Under the pieces are notes generated by a model. It was given only the letters and a program-made list of their open reading frames with translations, was not told the DNA's origin and made no database searches. This document shows positions 1-8,903 of a stretch of 46,398 nucleotides of DNA, in pieces. The stretch comes from Ilumatobacteraceae bacterium (GTDB lineage: Bacteria > Actinomycetota > Acidimicrobiia > Acidimicrobiales > Ilumatobacteraceae), in the NCBI GenBank assembly GCA_044351505.1, contig JBILFO010000001.1, positions 1 through 46,398 on the forward strand, read 5' to 3'. The translations under genes were made by a program, and so were the position numbers. Position 1 is the stretch's first letter, and the number at the start of each line of letters is the position of its first letter.

Positions 1-44
1 TCACGGGTGCCTGGGCTGGTAGCAAACGACGGCACGAGCCAAGG

Positions 45-2297
45 TTAGTTCGCAGATGGATGCGAAGAACCGATATCCGCTGTATCTGGTGCACCAGGCA
101 ACAAGCGGTATGCGTCATACACACCATCGATGTTCTTGATAATGCGCAACATCGCCTGCAGATGGTTGGGGTCAGAGAACTCGAACTCGAATCGCATCCT
201 TGCCACACGGTCTGACCCGGTTTGGGTCGTGCACGAAACGATGTTGACGCGCTGATCCGACAGGGCGTTGGCGACATCGCGCAACAGCCGTGTGCGATCG
301 AGGGCCACGACTTCGACGGCAGCCACGAAAGTATCGTCAGCCGAGAGCCCCGCCCATTCCACGTCGATGATGCGTGCCGACTGTTCGCTCATCAACGACA
401 ATGCGTTGGCACAATCCACACGATGCACTGTCACCCCGCGACCACGTGTGATGAAACCCATGATGTCGTCACCTGGCACCGGCGTGCAACACTTCGACAG
501 CCGCACCAAGATGTCGTCGAGGCCTTCGACATAGACCGAGTTCTTGGTTCGTGCCGCGCTGGAACGGGTGCGCATGGCCGGCATTGCCGCAAGTTCACCC
601 GACGAATCTGGCGCACGCAGGGCTTCAACCAGTCGTGTCACGAGTGGTCGTGCCGGAACCTTCTTCTGGCCGATTGCTGCCAGCAAACCATTGAGGTCGG
701 CGTAACCCAAAGCCGCAACTTCAGCTGCCAACTCGGGCGCGGCCTCGACTCGGCGCATCGACAACCCGACGCGACGCAGTTCTTCGACGAACTCGTCATG
801 GCCCTCGTCAACCATGTCCTCAAGTTGTTCACGAGTCCACCATTGTTTGATTTTGTTCTTGGCCTTAGTCGACGCGACGAACTCCATCCAACCCTGTGAC
901 GGCCCGGTGCCTTGCGCCTTCGAGGTAAGAATTTCACACGTGTCGCCCGAAGCCAACTGATAATTCAGCGCAACGAGTCGACCATTTACTCGCGCACCGA
1001 CGCACGAATGGCCCACCTCGGTGTGCACGGCGTAGGCAAAATCGACCGGCGTGGCTTGCAGCGGCAGCGACACCACACGACCCTTGGGAGTAAAGACGAA
1101 CAACTCGTCTTGCTCTAAGTCGGTCTTCAAACCCTCCAAGAATTGACGCGGGTCAGAAACTTCGCCCTGCCAGTCGATGATGCGATTCAGCCATTCCACT
1201 TCTTGGGGGGTTGCTGCATCTTTGTAAGCCCAGTGTGATGCCACACCCCATTCGGCGCGTTGGTGCATGTCGCGCGAGCGAATCTGTACCTCGATGGTCT
1301 TGCCGTCCGGGCCGATGACGGTGGTGTGCAGGCTTTGGTACAAGTTGAATTTCGGCATCGCGATGTAGTCCTTGAAGCGCCCCACCACAGGCTTCCAATG
1401 TCCGTGTATCACACCAAGTGCCCCGTAACAGTCGCGCACGTCATCAACCACGATGCGAATTGCCATCAGGTCAAAAATGTCATCGAACTCGCGTCCTTTT
1501 TGCACCATCTTTTCGTAAATGCTCCACAAGTGTTTGCCGCGAGACGTGAGCTCGGCTTTGATTTTTACGCCAACCAACATCTTGTCGACTTGCCCAAGCA
1601 CGCGCGCTAAGTACACGTTGCGTTCTGGCGCCCGAGTCGAGACCAGATGTTCGACTTCGGCATAACGCTTGGGGAATAATGCCGCAAACGACAAGTCTTC
1701 AAGTTGCTGTTTGATTTCTTGCATGCCGAGCCGATGCGCAAGTGGCGCATAAATATCGAGCGTCTCTTGAGCCACGCGTTGTTGTTTGTCGGGTGAACTA
1801 GATGCCAGCGTGCGCATGTTGTGCAACCGATCAGCCAACTTGATGATGAGTACCCGCAGGTCACGCGCCATCGCCACCAACATTTTGCGCATGGTGGCTG
1901 CCTGTTGCGCTTCTTGCGAATCGAACTGCAGGCGGTCGAGCTTGGTTACGCCATCGACGATGCTGGCCACTTCGTCACCAAAAATCTCGGCGATTTCTGC
2001 CAACGTAAGTTCGGTGTCTTCCACTGCATCGTGCAAGAGCGCTGCGATGATTGAGGCCTCATCCAAGCCAATGTCGGCAACCACGCTGGCCACAGCAACC
2101 GGATGCGTGATGTACGACTCCCCCGTGGTGCGGGTCTGGTGACGATGCGCTTCGCGCGACATGTCGTATGCACGATTGATCGGCGAAACCGAACCCTTGG
2201 GGTGGCGCCGCCTATAGGCCGCTAGCAGTGGGGCAAGTTCGTGTGATGTCGCAGCCTGATGGCGCCGCCACGGCAACACCCGCGAACCAGAAGCCAT
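45..2297 (-). CDS. relA: bifunctional (p)ppGpp synthetase/hydrolase, RelA/SpoT family
   Basis: 750-aa ORF, ATG at 2297 checked. HD hydrolase motif HDAVEDT, synthetase core RFKDYIAMPKFNLYQSLHTTV, TGS segment FVFTPKGRVVSLP, C-terminal ACT-like region. Confidence 0.95.
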   Translation of the reverse strand: MASGSRVLPWRRHQAATSHELAPLLAAYRRRHPKGSVSPINRAYDMSREAHRHQTRTTGESYITHPVAVASVVADIGLDEASIIAALLHDAVEDTELTLAEIAEIFGDEVASIVDGVTKLDRLQFDSQEAQQAATMRKMLVAMARDLRVLIIKLADRLHNMRTLASSSPDKQQRVAQETLDIYAPLAHRLGMQEIKQQLEDLSFAALFPKRYAEVEHLVSTRAPERNVYLARVLGQVDKMLVGVKIKAELTSRGKHLWSIYEKMVQKGREFDDIFDLMAIRIVVDDVRDCYGALGVIHGHWKPVVGRFKDYIAMPKFNLYQSLHTTVIGPDGKTIEVQIRSRDMHQRAEWGVASHWAYKDAATPQEVEWLNRIIDWQGEVSDPRQFLEGLKTDLEQDELFVFTPKGRVVSLPLQATPVDFAYAVHTEVGHSCVGARVNGRLVALNYQLASGDTCEILTSKAQGTGPSQGWMEFVASTKAKNKIKQWWTREQLEDMVDEGHDEFVEELRRVGLSMRRVEAAPELAAEVAALGYADLNGLLAAIGQKKVPARPLVTRLVEALRAPDSSGELAAMPAMRTRSSAARTKNSVYVEGLDDILVRLSKCCTPVPGDDIMGFITRGRGVTVHRVDCANALSLMSEQSARIIDVEWAGLSADDTFVAAVEVVALDRTRLLRDVANALSDQRVNIVSCTTQTGSDRVARMRFEFEFSDPNHLQAMLRIIKNIDGVYDAYRLLPGAPDTADIGSSHPSAN

Positions 2298-2326
2298 AGG
2301 CCAAGCCTACGAAGCAGGGTTGGGAG

Positions 2327-3448
2327 TTATCGGCGACGGCGCTTGCGCGGGCGAGGCGGATGCGTCAATGCATTGCCAACGCTGCTTTTTGCTGCACCTG
2401 ATTCGCGCGAAGTCACGCCTTCTGCTGCAGCTTTTTGTGCTGCGCGTGTCGTGGTGTGCTCGTAGAGAGCGGCCATTTCGGCACCCTGAGCCACTTCGTT
2501 CACCAAACCGGCATATTTTGCCTCGCGATTCTTCAGCACGGCCACGAGCGGCGTAGCGATGAAAATCGACGAATACGTACCGGTCAACATGCCCACCAAC
2601 AATGCGATTGCAAACTCTTGCAGGTTGGTCGCGCCAAGGACGAACGAGCCGACAACCAGCAGCGAAACCACTGGCAACGCCGACGACAACGTGGTGTTCA
2701 GCGAGCGCGCCAACACTTGGTTGGATGACACGTTGACGATATTGCCCATGGACATTGCGGACGACGAAAAACGTTTGATGTTCTCCCGTACTTTGTCGAA
2801 CACCACCACCGTGTCGTAAAGCGAATAGCCAAGAATTGTCAGAAACGCCACGACTGTGGCCGGTGTGACCTCGAAGCGAAAGATCGCATAGACCCCGACC
2901 GACACCAGCACGTCATGTGCCATGGCGGCAATTGCGGCAGCGGCCATCTTCCATTCGAATCGCCACGCGATGAACAGCGACACCAGCACAAAGAACACCA
3001 GCAGCGCGCGAATTGATTTGATGGTGATGCTGCGACCCCATGACGAGCTCACCGCAGCCACGCTCACTTCCTGCACCGGCAGCCCGGCTTTTTCGGCTAT
3101 TGCCGTTTGTACGGCTTCACGCACAGCAGGGCTCTGATCGCCAACTTGCACCCTGATGCGCTCGCCATCTGCGCCTTGCAACGTTTGCAATTTTGCATTG
3201 GATGTTTCGATGTCGTTCGCTTCCAGCACCTCGCGCATTGCATCCGCATTCAACGTGGCGGTGACTGGTGATTCCCAGGCGACACCACCGCGGAAGTCGA
3301 TACCCAGATTCAAGCCACCGATGAGGAGCGCCACGACCGAAACCACGAGAAACGCCCCCGAGACAACGAACGCAGGTTTGCGCTTGCCGTAATAGTCAAC
3401 TGTGGTCTCGCCGCGATACAGCCGACCGAACCCTGCACCGATGCTCAT
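2327..3448 (-). CDS. secF: protein translocase subunit SecF
   Basis: 373-aa multi-TM ORF directly downstream of secD with a 4-nt ATGA start/stop overlap. SecD/F-type TM core (LGYSLYDTVVVFDKVREN). Strongly basic C-terminal tail ending PPRPRKRRRR. Confidence 0.9.
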   Translation of the reverse strand: MSIGAGFGRLYRGETTVDYYGKRKPAFVVSGAFLVVSVVALLIGGLNLGIDFRGGVAWESPVTATLNADAMREVLEANDIETSNAKLQTLQGADGERIRVQVGDQSPAVREAVQTAIAEKAGLPVQEVSVAAVSSSWGRSITIKSIRALLVFFVLVSLFIAWRFEWKMAAAAIAAMAHDVLVSVGVYAIFRFEVTPATVVAFLTILGYSLYDTVVVFDKVRENIKRFSSSAMSMGNIVNVSSNQVLARSLNTTLSSALPVVSLLVVGSFVLGATNLQEFAIALLVGMLTGTYSSIFIATPLVAVLKNREAKYAGLVNEVAQGAEMAALYEHTTTRAAQKAAAEGVTSRESGAAKSSVGNALTHPPRPRKRRRR

Positions 3449-5028
3449 GCGATGGCCTCTGCATCCTTACGTGGCTTGATACCCAGCATCGAACGAGTTG
3501 CCATGAACTTGCTGCGCGCCAAGAGCAACATCGCCGGGCGCGTAAAGAACCATACGATCATCACGTCGGCCAGCGTGGCCAACCCAAGGAAGAATGCAAA
3601 GCCACGCACCGAACCGACAGTCAACCACCACAACACGGCAGCAGCCAAGAACGACACCGAGTCAGCGGCCAAGACGGTGCGCCAGGCACCTTCAAAGCTG
3701 CGTTGTGCAGAATTGCGCAGCGTGCGGCCCGAGCCCAGTTCGTCTTTCAGTCGCTCAAAGAACACGATGTATGAGTCGACCGCAATACCGATTGACACGA
3801 TGATGCCCGCGATACCCGACAACGACAACGCCAAGCCGTTGGTTTTGGATAAGTAAGTGATGATCGAGTACTGAATACCAATCGAGACAGCGAGACCGAC
3901 GAACACGACAATTGCTACGAATCGGTAATACGCAAGCATCAACAAAAACACCAAGACCAATCCGACCAAACCCGAAATCATTGCGGCGCGCAGCGAGTCG
4001 CCGCCCAGCGTTGGCGACACGGTTTGCACCTGGGATACGGCAAACTTCACTGGCACGGCACCGAACTCGAGCACTCTGGCCAAGTCGCGGGCATCTTGCT
4101 CGGTGAAATCCCCAGTGATCTGCACTTCGCCACCTGAGAAAACTGCTTCTTGCACTACAGGGGCAGAAAGGACTTCACCGTCAAGCACGATGGCGATTTG
4201 GGCGGTGGGGCAAGTTGCATCGCGGCTAAAGCAGCGTGACGTAAGGGCATTCCATATATCGGCACCTGCTGCGCCGTTGCGAAGTTGCACCACCACAGAC
4301 CAGTTAGCACCTTGAATGTTGGCTTGGGCATTGTTTTCAAACACCAGCCCAGTGGCCGCAACCGGGCCAACGAGATACGCAAAACCGTCGCGCCCAAGCA
4401 GCACTTCACTATCCGGCGGAAGTGCAGACTGCGCTGCTGCATCAACTGGCGCCGCTGCATCAATTGGCGTTGCCGCAACTGTTGTCTCGGTAGCAATAGT
4501 CGTGTCGGTTGCAACTGTCGTTTCGGTCGGAATCGTCGTATCCACCATCACTCGCCCGCTGCGCGACTCACCAGGGCCGCCCTCGGTTGGCAAGCTGGTT
4601 TCAGTTGGCAAGCTTGTCTCGGTTGGCAGGCTTGTTGCGGTTGAAGGTGTCGTGTCCACTTGGCCCGCAGTGGGGTCAACGCTGCCCGATTGCAACACAG
4701 GTCGCAACTGCAAGTCGCCGGTGCGCCCGACAATGTCGAGTGCCCGCTGCTGGTCTTTTACCCCCGGCAGGTTCACCACGACAGTGTCACCCTGACGAAT
4801 GATCTCTGGTTCGGCTACACCAATTGCGTCAACACGCGAACGAATAATTTCAACTGCCACCTCAAGAGCAACAGTGTCGTACTCGCCCTCGGGTTGCAGC
4901 GTGATTGACGCACCACCTTGCAAGTCAAGACCCAGCGACGGAGTGTTACCACTTGCGACGGTCAAGCCGACCGAAACAACGGCCACGAGCAAAATGCCAA
5001 TCAGCGACGCAAGTAATCGACGATTCAT
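3445..5028 (-). CDS. secD: protein translocase subunit SecD
   Basis: 527-aa ORF, ATG at 5028 checked. N-terminal TM anchor, LDLQGGASITL motif, C-terminal TM bundle with GIAVDSYIVFFERLKDE. Carries a T/E/P/A-rich hexapeptide-repeat insert (aa ~117-205). Confidence 0.9.
   Translation of the reverse strand: MNRRLLASLIGILLVAVVSVGLTVASGNTPSLGLDLQGGASITLQPEGEYDTVALEVAVEIIRSRVDAIGVAEPEIIRQGDTVVVNLPGVKDQQRALDIVGRTGDLQLRPVLQSGSVDPTAGQVDTTPSTATSLPTETSLPTETSLPTEGGPGESRSGRVMVDTTIPTETTVATDTTIATETTVAATPIDAAAPVDAAAQSALPPDSEVLLGRDGFAYLVGPVAATGLVFENNAQANIQGANWSVVVQLRNGAAGADIWNALTSRCFSRDATCPTAQIAIVLDGEVLSAPVVQEAVFSGGEVQITGDFTEQDARDLARVLEFGAVPVKFAVSQVQTVSPTLGGDSLRAAMISGLVGLVLVFLLMLAYYRFVAIVVFVGLAVSIGIQYSIITYLSKTNGLALSLSGIAGIIVSIGIAVDSYIVFFERLKDELGSGRTLRNSAQRSFEGAWRTVLAADSVSFLAAAVLWWLTVGSVRGFAFFLGLATLADVMIVWFFTRPAMLLLARSKFMATRSMLGIKPRKDAEAIA
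4441..4636 (-). repeat. 18-nt (hexapeptide) periodic tandem repeats inside secD
   Basis: Three near-identical 18-mers at 4583-4636 (tcggttggcaagctggtt / tcagttggcaagcttgtc / tcggttggcaggcttgtt = TSLPTE x3). Six degenerate 18-mers at 4441-4548 (PIDAAA/PVDAAA and xT(E/D)TT(V/I) units). The two blocks are separated by a 34-nt non-repeat spacer. Confidence 0.85.
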
Positions 5029-5088
5029 ACAGCCACGCGCAACATTGCTTAGAAAGACGCCCCAACAACTTCGGCTAACGCCAGGTTG

Positions 5089-5511
5089 TTATTGCTTGTC
5101 CTTGTTGGCATCCAAATCGGCATTCGTGTCCGAGTCGGCCTTCTTCGACTTTTTCGGTGCCTTGGCAGCCTTGGGCACCACAATTGGCGTGCCGTCGAGA
5201 TTGACACGATTGCCGACTGAGCCCTTCATCACTTGCACTTGCACCCCGTCAGCGATTTCCACCCATAGGTAACGGTCTTCGATGCCGGTCACCACACCGA
5301 GGATGCCGTTGGTCAACAACACTGAGTCATTGACTTGAATAGCGCCTTGCAACGCGGCGGCTTCCTTCGTGCGTTTGCGCTGCGGGCGCAGCAGCAAGAA
5401 ATACATCACCGCAAAGATGAGGACTAATGGGAGCAATCCGAGGATTCCTCCGCCCGACGATGGGGCTGCTTCTTCGGCGGCAATTATGAGGTTGAACATG
5501 GCAACTGACAC
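5089..5511 (-). CDS. yajC: preprotein translocase subunit YajC, with Lys-rich C-terminal extension
   Basis: Single TM followed by LLLRPQRKRTKE, typical of YajC, and located upstream of secDF. The start is GTG 5511 or ATG 5499. C-terminal PKAAKAPKKSKK tail. Confidence 0.8.
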   Translation of the reverse strand: MSVAMFNLIIAAEEAAPSSGGGILGLLPLVLIFAVMYFLLLRPQRKRTKEAAALQGAIQVNDSVLLTNGILGVVTGIEDRYLWVEIADGVQVQVMKGSVGNRVNLDGTPIVVPKAAKAPKKSKKADSDTNADLDANKDKQ

Positions 5512-5521
5512 TACCGTCGCA

Positions 5522-6619
5522 CTAGGCCCAGACGTCTAGCACTTGCTTGCGGAACGCACCAAAGGTTCCTGCCAAAATCGCACTGCGCGCCTGGCCCATA
5601 AGTGCAATGGTCCATGCCAGATTGTGCAATGACACCAATCGCGAAGCAGACGGCTCGCCCACCTGGAAGAGATGCCGCAGGTAACCGCGTGAATGCACCG
5701 CGCACACCGCGCACCCGCAAGTGTCGTCGATGGCGCCATTGTCTTGGGTGAATTCGGCCCGCTTCAAATTCACCCGCCCCTGCGACGTGAGGGCCGTGCC
5801 GTGGCGACCCAGGCGTGTCTGCAAGACACAGTCGAATTGATCAACACCCAGACCAATGGCTTCAATCATCGACGCCGGATCACCAACACCCATCAGGTAT
5901 CGCGGCTGGTCGACGGGCAACTCGGCCAGAGCCGCAGCGAGTGCCGGCAGCATCTGTTCGCGCGTTTCACCAACCGACAACCCACCGATGCCATAGCCGT
6001 CAAAATTGAGAGCTGAGATTTGTTGAGCGCTTTCGCGCCGCATGGTTTCGCTCACGCCACCTTGCACAATGCCAAACAGCGATTGGTCGGTGCGCTGATG
6101 CACCGCCCGCGCTCGCGCAGCCCACATGGTGGTACGACGCAGTGCTTCATACACCACTTCATCCGTCGATGGCAGTGGTGGGCACACATCAAGCACCATC
6201 TGAATATCCGCCCCGAGTTTTTCTTGAGTAGACACTGCCGACTCGGGGGTGAAGCGATGCTTGCTGCCGTCATAGGTTGATGCAAACGTCACGCCGTCGT
6301 CGTCAACATCGGGCTTGAGTGAAAACACCTGGAAGCCACCCGAGTCGGTGAGCGTCAAACCTTTCCACCCAGCAAACGCACCAACACCGCCAAAGTGCGC
6401 CACCGTGTCGGCGCCAGGGCGCAGCATGAGGTGATACGTGTTGCCCAACACAATCTGGGCACCAAGCTGTTCGTAGTCGCTAGCGCTCAAGTATTTGACC
6501 GCACCGCGGGTTCCGACCGGCATGAATGTGGGCGTCACATACGTGCCCCGTGCCAGGGTGACGATGCTGGCACGCGCGGCGCCATCAACAGCACTTACGT
6601 CTGCGTGAGCACGAAACAT
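5522..6619 (-). CDS. tgt: tRNA-guanine transglycosylase (queuine tRNA-ribosyltransferase)
   Basis: The track ORF runs to 6742, but homology starts at internal ATG 6619 (MFRAHADV...TPTFMPVGTRGAVK). Motifs LTDSGGFQVFS and GIGGLSVGE, Zn site CGCAVC...H. The upstream part overlaps the queA 3' end and is dropped. Confidence 0.9.
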   Translation of the reverse strand: MFRAHADVSAVDGAARASIVTLARGTYVTPTFMPVGTRGAVKYLSASDYEQLGAQIVLGNTYHLMLRPGADTVAHFGGVGAFAGWKGLTLTDSGGFQVFSLKPDVDDDGVTFASTYDGSKHRFTPESAVSTQEKLGADIQMVLDVCPPLPSTDEVVYEALRRTTMWAARARAVHQRTDQSLFGIVQGGVSETMRRESAQQISALNFDGYGIGGLSVGETREQMLPALAAALAELPVDQPRYLMGVGDPASMIEAIGLGVDQFDCVLQTRLGRHGTALTSQGRVNLKRAEFTQDNGAIDDTCGCAVCAVHSRGYLRHLFQVGEPSASRLVSLHNLAWTIALMGQARSAILAGTFGAFRKQVLDVWA

Positions 6620-6629
6620 CGTCGTCAGG

Positions 6630-7652
6630 CTAGGCGTGATGGCGGTCAAGCAGCATCGCATCACCAAACGACAAGAACCGATACTCGCGCTCGATGGCAT
6701 GGTCATACAACCGTCGCCAGCGTTCGCCGACGAACGCATCAATCATCAATAACAGCGTGGTGCGTGGCATGTGAAAGTTGGTGAGCAACACATCCACATG
6801 CTGAAATGAAAACCCACGGGTGATGAACAAATTCGTGCGCCCCGAAGCTTGGCCCGTGGCCCCGAACGACTCGAGTGCACGAGTGGCCGTGGTGCCGATG
6901 GCTACCACACGTTTTGCTGAACTCACCGCGTGCTGCGTCTCGGCGGGCACGTGATACGACTCGCTATGGATGACGTGTTCGAGTGGGTTGTCAACGGTGA
7001 TTGGTGCAAACGTGTCGAGCCCTACCACCAGTTCGACCGAAACGACGGGGACGCTCTGCGCGCGCACAGCGGCGAGCAGTTCGGGGGTGAAATGCAGACC
7101 GGCGGTGGGGGCTGCTGCAGACTTCGGATCGCGGGCGTACACGGTTTGATATCGGTTCACATCGCCCAAGCGCTGCGAAATGTAGGGCGGCAGCGGCATT
7201 TCACCCAAACGTTCGATGAGCGGATCCACATCAGCGACAACGAACTCCACGCGGAAAGTGTCACCCTGAGATCCACGACCCTGCACGCTCAGCACTGGAG
7301 CACCGTCACCATCGTGCAGCACCTCGCCTGGCTTCATCTTGCGCCCGGGCCGAACGAGTGCCTCCCACACGCGATGAGTGGCATCAAGTGACTCGAGCAA
7401 GAGCACTTCAACTGCCCCACCAGTGGCACGCACCAAGCGCAACCGGGCCGGTAGCACTTTGGTGTCGTTCACCACCAGCACATCGCCATCACACAGCAGC
7501 TGTGCGAAGTCGCGCATCACTGCGTCGCGCGGCGCACCCGACCCTTGATCGACTAAGAGCCGTGCCGAGTCGCGTGGCTCGATGGGTGTTTGGGCAATGA
7601 GTTGCTCAGGCAGTTGGTAGTCGATGTCAGCAAGTTGCATTACCCGTTGCAT
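6630..7652 (-). CDS. queA: S-adenosylmethionine:tRNA ribosyltransferase-isomerase
   Basis: N-terminus DIDYQLPEQLIAQTPIEPRDSARLLV and C-terminus EREYRFLSFGDAMLL are typical of QueA. The start is ambiguous: GTG 7655, ATG 7652 (TGATG overlap with the YeeE stop) or ATG 7640. Confidence 0.9.
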   Translation of the reverse strand: MQRVMQLADIDYQLPEQLIAQTPIEPRDSARLLVDQGSGAPRDAVMRDFAQLLCDGDVLVVNDTKVLPARLRLVRATGGAVEVLLLESLDATHRVWEALVRPGRKMKPGEVLHDGDGAPVLSVQGRGSQGDTFRVEFVVADVDPLIERLGEMPLPPYISQRLGDVNRYQTVYARDPKSAAAPTAGLHFTPELLAAVRAQSVPVVSVELVVGLDTFAPITVDNPLEHVIHSESYHVPAETQHAVSSAKRVVAIGTTATRALESFGATGQASGRTNLFITRGFSFQHVDVLLTNFHMPRTTLLLMIDAFVGERWRRLYDHAIEREYRFLSFGDAMLLDRHHA

Positions 7653-8857
7653 CACGCGCCAAAAAGGCGGTGGAGCCGCAACTTAGTGCCCACCCAGACG
7701 GCAAACGCAACGATGACCAAAAACACGATGCCCGAAACTGCGAAAGCCTGGGTTCCTGAAAGCAGTACTCCGACGGTGCAGCCCAATGCCGTAAGCGAAC
7801 CCCAACCAAGCAGCACGCCGCCAACGAGGGCCGTGACCGAGTTGCCAATTGTTGGCTTTTGCATCTTGAAGCGTCCACCACCGACGGCTGCTGCCAGAGA
7901 GGCCGCAACGAAGCCGATGACCAGCCAGCCGTTGTTGGTGATGGCTGTCGTCACGAGCGCCACGCAGCCGCGCATCATGTCGATGCCATGCAGCACCTCG
8001 GGCAGGGCACCCCTTGCATCGAGATAGCTGCGACTCAGGGTGCTGAGTTGCGAGGTGACGCCTAGTGGCGTGGTGCGCAAATATGCAGCGATGCCGATAC
8101 CACCCACGATTGCCCCGGTTGCCACCGGCGACCAGCGACGCACAAGAACGAGTTCATAGACGTCACGGAGGCTCGACAATCGACGCGCACCGTTTGGATG
8201 CGTGGTGTCGTCGGGTGAGCGATCCCATTTCACGAGTAATGCCGCAACGACGATCGCAACGAGTAGCACGATGAGCAACGACCCGGAATATCCGAACCAG
8301 CGAGGCAACCACAGGACGGGGCTTTCACTCACCTGTTCGAGATACAAGGTGTTCCAAGTAAAGAACCCGAGACCGAAACCAATCAACGAGCCAAGGAGCG
8401 CCGGAACTGCCCGCAAATATCCTTGGCCGATGCGATAGAGGTGTCCGCTGATGCATGCCCCAGAAAGCACCATGCCGATTCCGAAGGCGAATGCCCCGGC
8501 CACGAGCGGCAGGCTCACTGGCGAAATATGCGCAGCCGGTGGCAAACCTTCGCCTTTCGGGTTCGGCAAATACAAACTGAACAAGAGCGCATACCCGATC
8601 GCGCCGACTGCAATCGCTGTAACGATGGAGTTCAACTGACGCGTTTTGCGCTCTTCAAAGGCCTCGCGAAACAAACAGAAAAAACAAAAACGGCCTCGCT
8701 CGAATGCCAAGCCAAGTGCCGCACCGATCAGCAGCGATACCGGCGCGTTCGGATCGACGGTGTCGTTGCTCGCCAACCAGAACGCAAGCAACAGCAACCC
8801 AGCCAAAGAGCCGAGTGCGAACCAGACCGACCGAAGACTGTTGGCTGCGACATTCAT
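7652..8857 (-). CDS. YeeE/YedE family sulfur-compound (thiosulfate-type) permease
   Basis: Multi-pass membrane ORF with Cys-containing motifs (ERGRFCFFC, VLSGACISGHLY, LTALGCTVGVLLSG). I prefer ATG 8857 (MNVAANSL...) over ATG 8986. The long form overlaps the conserved rhodanese C-terminus by 83 nt and would contain the 8879-8902 hairpin. Confidence 0.8.
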   Translation of the reverse strand: MNVAANSLRSVWFALGSLAGLLLLAFWLASNDTVDPNAPVSLLIGAALGLAFERGRFCFFCLFREAFEERKTRQLNSIVTAIAVGAIGYALLFSLYLPNPKGEGLPPAAHISPVSLPLVAGAFAFGIGMVLSGACISGHLYRIGQGYLRAVPALLGSLIGFGLGFFTWNTLYLEQVSESPVLWLPRWFGYSGSLLIVLLVAIVVAALLVKWDRSPDDTTHPNGARRLSSLRDVYELVLVRRWSPVATGAIVGGIGIAAYLRTTPLGVTSQLSTLSRSYLDARGALPEVLHGIDMMRGCVALVTTAITNNGWLVIGFVAASLAAAVGGGRFKMQKPTIGNSVTALVGGVLLGWGSLTALGCTVGVLLSGTQAFAVSGIVFLVIVAFAVWVGTKLRLHRLFGA

Positions 8858-8878
8858 CTCAGCCAACAGTCTTGCGGA

Positions 8879-8902
8879 TTCTTCGCGATGAATCGCGACG
8901 AA
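8879..8902 (-). other. intercistronic stem-loop (9 of 10 bp stem, 4-nt loop) immediately after the rhodanese stop
   Basis: ttcttcgcga-tgaa-tcgcgacgaa. Pairing was checked base by base, with one mismatch (8882/8899). It starts 1 nt downstream of the stop codon at 8904-8906. Confidence 0.45.
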
Positions 8903-8903
8903 C

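Noticed and set aside
1-44. Possible start of another minus-strand gene downstream of rel (GTG near position 27).
   Set aside because: Only about 9 codons are visible before the window edge, so it cannot be supported.
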